In this document: positions 48,632-53,943 of the stretch, one piece after another
Layout of the letters: each line of letters opens with the position of its first letter
Position numbering within the stretch: position 1 is the first letter of the stretch
Assembly: GCA_047610085.1 (NCBI GenBank)
Contig: JBLFZD010000001.1
Coordinates: 1-53,943 of the forward strand
Source: Ilumatobacter sp.
GTDB taxonomy: Bacteria > Actinomycetota > Acidimicrobiia > Acidimicrobiales > Ilumatobacteraceae
Direction: 5' to 3'
Length of the DNA stretch: 53,943 nucleotides
The notes under the pieces: generated by a model
Told to the model about the DNA's origin: nothing
What the model saw: the letters and a program-made list of their open reading frames with translations, nothing else
Database searches by the model: none
Position numbers and translations under genes: made by a program

Positions 48632-48673
48632 CTGAAAAGCAGAGCGGCCCGGAGCCGAAGCTCCGGGCCGCTC
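48632..48673 (-). terminator. Intrinsic terminator of the solute-binding protein gene
   Basis: Perfect 14-bp stem GAGCGGCCCGGAGC / GCTCCGGGCCGCTC (48642-48673); minus-strand loop C(UUCG)G followed by UGCUUUUC. Confidence 0.88.
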
Positions 48674-48722
48674 GTGCGGTATTCAGTTGTTCAGAGTGTT
48701 GGTATCAGGTGATCCCGAAGGA

Positions 48723-50120
48723 TCAGACCTCAACCGAACCCTGGACCGCACCGACAGTCTGGATGACGCCGTCGGCATCGAATTCCAGGGTGAGGATCGA
48801 AGCCTGAGTCGGCTCGCCCTCATCACGGAACTCAAGCGGGCCGGAGACACCGTCGTAGTCGAAGTCGGTGCCGGCTTCGGCGAATGCGAGGCAATCAACG
48901 TAGGTGGTGCACTTCTCGCCACCACGTGTGACGTCGTTGATCTCCGCACCCATGGCGACACCGTCATCGGAACCGGCGACAGTTGCCGCAAGCGCCATGA
49001 CGATCATTGCGTCGTACGACTCAGCCGAGTAGGCGAAGTCGATCAGGTCGGGGTCGATTGCCTCGAGGTTCGCACGGAAGTCGGCGAAATCGTTGGCGAC
49101 GTCAACACCCGGGAGGGTGCCGCGCATGCCAGCGAGGACGGTCGGGTCGTCGAAGGCTGCGGCGAGGGCGTTGCCCATGTTGCCGTCAACGCCGTAGACG
49201 GCCTTGGCGTCCGGGCCGATTCCGGCCTCGATGAGACCCGTGAGGATCTTCGAGGTCTCGTCGAATCCGATGATCACGATGGCATCCGAGTCGGCCTCGA
49301 CGGCGACAGCGACGACGTCGTCGAAGTTCTCAGCCTTCGGGTCGTAGATGTTCTCGACGTCAACGACGCCACCCTGAGCTTCAAACGGGCCCTTGGTGAA
49401 CTCGAGCAAACCGGTGCCGTAGGCATCGTTGAGCACGAGGAAAGTCGCCGAGGCGTTGCCGTCAGCGATCATGATGTCAGCAAGAGCTGCACCCTGGATG
49501 ACGTCGGAGGGTGCGGTACGGAAGTACAGACCACTGTCGTCATAATCGGTGAAGGTCGGGGACGTGTTGGCAGGCGAGAAGTGAACCTTGCCAGCCTGAG
49601 TGATCTTGTCGATCACAGTGAGTGAAACGCCAGAGCTGGCGGCGCCGATGAATGCATCGACGTCCTCAGCGAGGAGGCGGTCAACTGTGGCGTTAGCCAC
49701 GTCACCGTTGTCGCCGGAGTCTCCGGGCAGGTACACGATGTCCTGTCCGAGCACTCCGCCAGCGGCATTGATGTCCTGGACAGCCAGGTTCACGCCGGCG
49801 ATCTCGGGCGGTCCGAGGAAGGCAAGGTTGCCCGTCTCGGGAAGGATTCCACCGATGACGAGCTGTCCTTCGGTGTCGCCAGCGGGAGCAGCCTCTTCGG
49901 ACTCCTCTTCGACGGCTTCTTCTTCGACCGCTTCTTCTTCTACGGCTTCTTCTTCGACCGCTTCTTCTTCTTCTACGGCTTCTTCTTCAGCCTCTGCCGG
50001 AGCAGCTTCTGTTGTCGGGGACTCCTCGACGGGTGTCTCGTCATCGCTGCCACAAGCGGCTGCGGTGAGCGAAAGACCGACGAGCAATGCGCCAACGCGC
50101 TTCACACGTGCTTTCTGCAT
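48723..50120 (-). CDS. Branched-chain amino acid ABC substrate-binding lipoprotein (LivJ/K-like)
   Basis: Lipobox AAAC, GGILPETGNLAFLG, DINAAGGVLG, SPANTSP, FRTAPSD, ESYDA; SD GGGGAG upstream of ATG 50120. Confidence 0.92.
   Translation of the reverse strand: MQKARVKRVGALLVGLSLTAAACGSDDETPVEESPTTEAAPAEAEEEAVEEEEAVEEEAVEEEAVEEEAVEEESEEAAPAGDTEGQLVIGGILPETGNLAFLGPPEIAGVNLAVQDINAAGGVLGQDIVYLPGDSGDNGDVANATVDRLLAEDVDAFIGAASSGVSLTVIDKITQAGKVHFSPANTSPTFTDYDDSGLYFRTAPSDVIQGAALADIMIADGNASATFLVLNDAYGTGLLEFTKGPFEAQGGVVDVENIYDPKAENFDDVVAVAVEADSDAIVIIGFDETSKILTGLIEAGIGPDAKAVYGVDGNMGNALAAAFDDPTVLAGMRGTLPGVDVANDFADFRANLEAIDPDLIDFAYSAESYDAMIVMALAATVAGSDDGVAMGAEINDVTRGGEKCTTYVDCLAFAEAGTDFDYDGVSGPLEFRDEGEPTQASILTLEFDADGVIQTVGAVQGSVEV
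49906..49989 (-). repeat. In-frame acidic repeat (EEEAV)n in the SBP linker
   Basis: 15/18-bp units GAAGAAGAAGC(C/G)GT(A/C) encoding EEEAV EEEEAV EEEAV EEEAV EEEAV. Confidence 0.9.
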
Positions 50121-50227
50121 GTTGTTTTCTCCCCCTGTTATCGAGTGGGCGGGATTGCCCACAATTTCCAGGTGACGAAAGTCTACGCATAGATTCGGTC
50201 GGGCTACGCGCACTAGGTTGCCTGCGT

Positions 50228-50866
50228 GTGAAAACTAACGTGCCGGTGACGCTGCTCGAAGGGCTCGCTACGACCCGCGCAATTCGCCGCTACACCACCG
50301 ATCCGGTGCCTGACGAGGATCTCCGATCGATTCTGTGGCACGCAGGACGAGCACCATCCGGTTCAAATCGCCAGCCCTTTCGGTTTCTTGTGCTGCGCGA
50401 TGGACCCAACGCCGTGGCGGCAAAATCATTGCTGGGCGAGGCCTTCCGTAGCGGCTGGAACACGAAATGTGAGAACGACGGCTACCGCCCGAGCCGGTTT
50501 GCCGATTCGATGCAGCACTACGTCGACAACTTTGAGAAGATTCCGGTTGTCGTGCTGGCCTGCCTCGATCGGTACCGGGCACCGAATCCGATGGAGGGTG
50601 CGTCGGTCTATCCAGCGTGCCAGAACCTTCTGCTTGCTGCCCGAGCGCTGGGTTACGGAGGGGCACTCACCATGTGGCACCTCGGAGTGGAGGATCAGCT
50701 TCGTGACCTGTTGGCCATCCCTGATCACGTGGCGTTGTCGGCATGCATCACCATCGGCGTCCCGCAAGGTCGCCACGGCCCACTCAAGCGCAAGCCGCTC
50801 GGTGACGTGACCTACGACGACGCATGGGGAAGTCGCGCCGCCTGGGCTGACCAACCAGACCAGTAG
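50228..50866 (+). CDS. Nitroreductase family protein
   Basis: TTRAIRRY, APSGSNRQPFRF, GASVYPACQNLLLAARALGYG; start 50228-50246. Confidence 0.9.
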   Translation: MKTNVPVTLLEGLATTRAIRRYTTDPVPDEDLRSILWHAGRAPSGSNRQPFRFLVLRDGPNAVAAKSLLGEAFRSGWNTKCENDGYRPSRFADSMQHYVDNFEKIPVVVLACLDRYRAPNPMEGASVYPACQNLLLAARALGYGGALTMWHLGVEDQLRDLLAIPDHVALSACITIGVPQGRHGPLKRKPLGDVTYDDAWGSRAAWADQPDQ

Positions 50867-50876
50867 CGTCGCCGAT

Positions 50877-52259
50877 ATGGCATTGATCGCTGGCGTCGAC
50901 TCCAGTACCCAAGCAACAAAGGTTGAGATTCGCGATCTTGATTCGGGAGACGTCGTGAGCAACGGGCGTGGCGAGCACGCTGCGGTCACCGCTCCTCGGA
51001 GCGAACAGGATCCGCGTTCTTGGTGGTCTGCATTCGAAACCGCCTGGGCGTCTGCGGGAAGCACTGACGTGGCGGCGTTGAGCGTCGGTGGCCAGCAGCA
51101 TGGAATGGTTGCGCTCGACGCCGCCGACCAACCGGTTCACCCGGCCAAGCTCTGGAACGACACCGAGTCCAGCCCCGATGCCGACTGGCTCGTCGACCAA
51201 CTCGGGTCGGTCAAGGTGTGGGCGCAAGCCGTCGGCAGCGTGCCCCTTGCGGCGTTCACGATCACCAAGCTTTCGTGGCTTCATCGGACACAACCTGAGG
51301 CCTTCTCCAACATGCGTCGGGTGCTGTTGCCTCACGACTACGTCACCCACTGCCTGACCGGCAGATACACGACCGATCGCGGTGACGTTTCGGGCACGGG
51401 TTACTGGTCGCCAGCGACGGGGGAATACCGATGGGACATCCTCGCACTGATCGATCCAGAGCGTGACTGGACAACGGTGGTCCCCGATGTGCTCGGACCG
51501 ATGGATGCTGCCGGTTTGTGGAACGGTGCGACGGTTGCTCCTGGCACCGGAGACAACATGGCTGCGGCATTGGGAGTCGGGCTCCGTCCTGGTGATGCAG
51601 TGATTTCGATCGGTACGTCTGGCACGGTTTACGCCGTGTCATCGACGCCAACTGCCGATCCCAGCGGAGCGGTTGCCGGGTTCGCCGACGCGACCGGCCG
51701 ATTTCTTCCGCTGGTGTGCACGTCGAACGCCGCCAAGGTGCTCGATGCGGTCCGACGGTTGCTCGGCGTTGACCACGAAGAATTCGATGCCCTGGCGCTC
51801 GCAGCTGAACCCGACGGCCCCGTCCTCCTTCCGTACTTCGACGGTGAACGGACCCCGAACCGTCCCCATGCGCGCGGAGTGATCAGCGGACTTCGTAGCG
51901 ACGTCACACGCGAACAATTTGCTCGGTCGGCGGTTAACGGGGTGGCCTGTGGCCTCCTCGACGGGCTTGATGCTCTGAGCACGCTCACCACCCTCGATGG
52001 CCGTATCGTATTGGTCGGGGGCGGCGCACGATCGGTCGCAATGCAACGCGTGATTGCAGGGCTGGTCGGTCGACCCGTGGTGGTGAGTGATGCTGACGAG
52101 GCGGTCGCGACCGGAGCGGCCGTTCAAGCTGCGGCGGTACTTGAACAAGTTGATCACGAAGTTATTCAGGATCGATGGGGGCTCGGGGCCGGTGCTTCGG
52201 TCGACGGTATCGACAGCGGCAGTATCCGCGAGCGGTACGCGCAACTGCGCGATGCATAA
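50877..52259 (+). CDS. xylB: Xylulokinase (FGGY family)
   Basis: GVDSSTQATK, GQQHG, LWND, TDRGDVSGT, GTGDN, SIGTSG, GERTP, GGGARS. Confidence 0.85.
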   Translation: MALIAGVDSSTQATKVEIRDLDSGDVVSNGRGEHAAVTAPRSEQDPRSWWSAFETAWASAGSTDVAALSVGGQQHGMVALDAADQPVHPAKLWNDTESSPDADWLVDQLGSVKVWAQAVGSVPLAAFTITKLSWLHRTQPEAFSNMRRVLLPHDYVTHCLTGRYTTDRGDVSGTGYWSPATGEYRWDILALIDPERDWTTVVPDVLGPMDAAGLWNGATVAPGTGDNMAAALGVGLRPGDAVISIGTSGTVYAVSSTPTADPSGAVAGFADATGRFLPLVCTSNAAKVLDAVRRLLGVDHEEFDALALAAEPDGPVLLPYFDGERTPNRPHARGVISGLRSDVTREQFARSAVNGVACGLLDGLDALSTLTTLDGRIVLVGGGARSVAMQRVIAGLVGRPVVVSDADEAVATGAAVQAAAVLEQVDHEVIQDRWGLGAGASVDGIDSGSIRERYAQLRDA

Positions 52260-52815
52260 CGAGCTGTTGATGACCAAAGATCCGTTTGATCAGCTCGGCT
52301 TGCCGCTCACGGCGACGGCGAGCGAGGTCCGCACAGCGCGCCGAGAGCTGGCCCGGACTCATCATCCGGACGCCGGAGGCGACGCCGATGTGATGCGAGC
52401 GCTCAACGTCGCCGCGGCCGAAGCGCTCCGGCTCATCGCCAACGACGGTTCGAGTGGCGAGGAACGACTCGTGGATCCAGTTTCGACATCGGCGCCCTCA
52501 ACCGACTGGGTCGGAACAATGCGGGACATTCCGTCATTTACGGTGGAGTCACTCCCGGCCGAAACGTTTGAGGCGCTGCTTGTCGCTACAGCAGAGTTGG
52601 GCGAGGTCGAGGACGACGATCCACCGTATGAACTCCGCACGCTGCTGAGCGCACCGCTCAGATGTTGGTGCCAACTCGATGTGGTTCCTGAGGCCGGGTC
52701 ATCGACGGTTTCGCTGACGATTGCACCTGTCGAAGGGCACAAGTTGCCATCATTGATCGATGTTCGAAACGCGTGGATTACCGCGTTGAATGGACTCGAC
52801 TGGTCGAGCTTTTAA
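52252..52815 (+). CDS. J-domain protein with an uncharacterised C-terminal domain
   Basis: DPFDQLGL...EVRTARRELARTHHPDAGG...LN; start 52252 or 52270. Confidence 0.85.
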   Translation: MHNELLMTKDPFDQLGLPLTATASEVRTARRELARTHHPDAGGDADVMRALNVAAAEALRLIANDGSSGEERLVDPVSTSAPSTDWVGTMRDIPSFTVESLPAETFEALLVATAELGEVEDDDPPYELRTLLSAPLRCWCQLDVVPEAGSSTVSLTIAPVEGHKLPSLIDVRNAWITALNGLDWSSF

Positions 52816-52834
52816 CAGGCCCTCGGGTGGTGAC

Positions 52835-53761
52835 TTATCGCGGTGCCGCGGCTTTGGTGAGGCGATCACGAATTGCGTGTCCGATTCCATCGGCAGGTGG
52901 CAATACCGCAATCAACGTGCGAACCCCATCGACATCAGCCTGACGGAGTTCGGAATAGAGGTCGCGCGCATAGCGTCCGAGGTCGTTGGTGAAATCGAGC
53001 GTTCGTGAGCCCGGCGTGCCAGCAGCAAGAGCCATTGCATCGTCGGGCGAGTCGACAAGGCGAACCTCACAGGCGGGCGCATAGTGCGACGCAAGCATGC
53101 CGCTCGCCCGAGATGGCCCAGACGCGCGGGCAGCGGGCGTGCCGAGCAAGTCAGCGATCTGGGCTGCGGTGACCGCACCGGCACGCAACAGCTGAACCGG
53201 GTTGGTGGTGCAGTCGACGATTGTGCTCTCAACCCCGACGGGACAGGGGCCGCCGTCGAGGATGACGTCGAGGTTCGCGTCCAAGCGATCTCCGAGGTCG
53301 TCAACGACGTGTTGGGCAGTGGTGGGGCTGACAGCACCGAAGAGGTTGGCCGACGGCGCAGCCAACGGTGTTCCCGCCAGACGGATCAACTCGCGAGCGA
53401 TCGGATGCGCTGGCACACGGAGCCCGACGGTGTCACGGCCGCCAGCGACTTCGGGAGGCAGTTCTTGCGACCGAGGCACAATCAGCGTCAGCGGCCCTGG
53501 CCAGGCGGCCGCTGCAAGCTGCCGGGCGTGAGGCGATGCGGCGGGTGCCCAGCGGTCAAGATCCTCTGGATCCGCGAGGTGAACAATGAGCGGGTGATTG
53601 CTTGGTCGCCCCTTGATCGCGAAGAGGCGGGCGAGTGCGGCGGGATTGGTGGCGTCGGCGGCAAGCCCGTAGACGGTCTCAGTCGGCATAGCGACGAGGT
53701 GTCCAGATCGGATTGCGGCAGCAGCGCGCCCGAGGTCGCCGCGAATCAGGCGTTGTGTCAC
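52835..53761 (-). CDS. sua5: L-threonylcarbamoyladenylate synthase (Sua5 type, two-domain)
   Basis: PTETVYGLAADA, KGRPSNHPLIVH, WPGPLT, AAPSAN, ESTIVD, GMLASHYAP plus C-terminal SUA5 domain. Confidence 0.93.
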   Translation of the reverse strand: MTQRLIRGDLGRAAAAIRSGHLVAMPTETVYGLAADATNPAALARLFAIKGRPSNHPLIVHLADPEDLDRWAPAASPHARQLAAAAWPGPLTLIVPRSQELPPEVAGGRDTVGLRVPAHPIARELIRLAGTPLAAPSANLFGAVSPTTAQHVVDDLGDRLDANLDVILDGGPCPVGVESTIVDCTTNPVQLLRAGAVTAAQIADLLGTPAARASGPSRASGMLASHYAPACEVRLVDSPDDAMALAAGTPGSRTLDFTNDLGRYARDLYSELRQADVDGVRTLIAVLPPADGIGHAIRDRLTKAAAPR

Positions 53762-53943
53762 GACATCGCGCCGACGAATTCGAGAGCAGCGTCGAAGAAG
53801 CCATAGGACTCGGTTGTCGCAAAATGGTCGGTCTTGGGGAGCGAGACACAGCGGCCGGATGCAAATGCAGCAGCAAGTTCGTCAGCGGGATACGCGAAGT
53901 CCTTGTCGCCGATCACCACGAGAACGGGACACGTGACGTGACC
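53758..53943 (-). CDS. Alpha/beta hydrolase, C-terminal fragment truncated by the window edge
   Basis: GHVTCPVLVVIGDKD...LPKTDHF...FVGAMS*; GTGA overlap with sua5. Confidence 0.8.
   Translation of the reverse strand, partial: GHVTCPVLVVIGDKDFAYPADELAAAFASGRCVSLPKTDHFATTESYGFFDAALEFVGAMS

Noticed and set aside
1-53943. Mobile elements, prophage or defence systems
   Set aside because: No transposase, integrase, phage structural, restriction-modification or toxin-antitoxin motifs recognised in any ORF

Overview
High-GC, gene-dense bacterial chromosomal segment. The gene inventory and style suggest an actinobacterium, probably Acidimicrobiia/Ilumatobacter-like; this is inference, not a database result. 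About 48 CDSs are mostly metabolic or housekeeping: mitochondrial-type aconitase, gltBD, a ProA-like dehydrogenase, panC, CtaA, a Liv-type ABC importer, a heterodimeric ABC exporter, xylB, Sua5 and many oxidoreductases and hydrolases. I found no rRNA, intact tRNA, transposase, integrase, phage or CRISPR-Cas. Points of interest: (1) a GNAT-AAA+ fusion with intact ATPase motifs but no aromatic pore loop; (2) a Thr-nucleophile (ThnT-like) P1 amidohydrolase translationally coupled to panC; (3) an FNR fused to a degenerate thioredoxin-reductase-like module; (4) an LvaAB-like APH kinase plus small partner; (5) pervasive leaderless-type promoters, including two divergent gene pairs whose -10 hexamers overlap on a shared TA; (6) a sigma28-type promoter; (7) two roughly 1 kb 'empty' regions that hide frameshifted pseudogenes, one beside an 8 x 16-bp two-variant tandem array. 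Start codons were refined by eye and all functional calls come from recognised motifs only.
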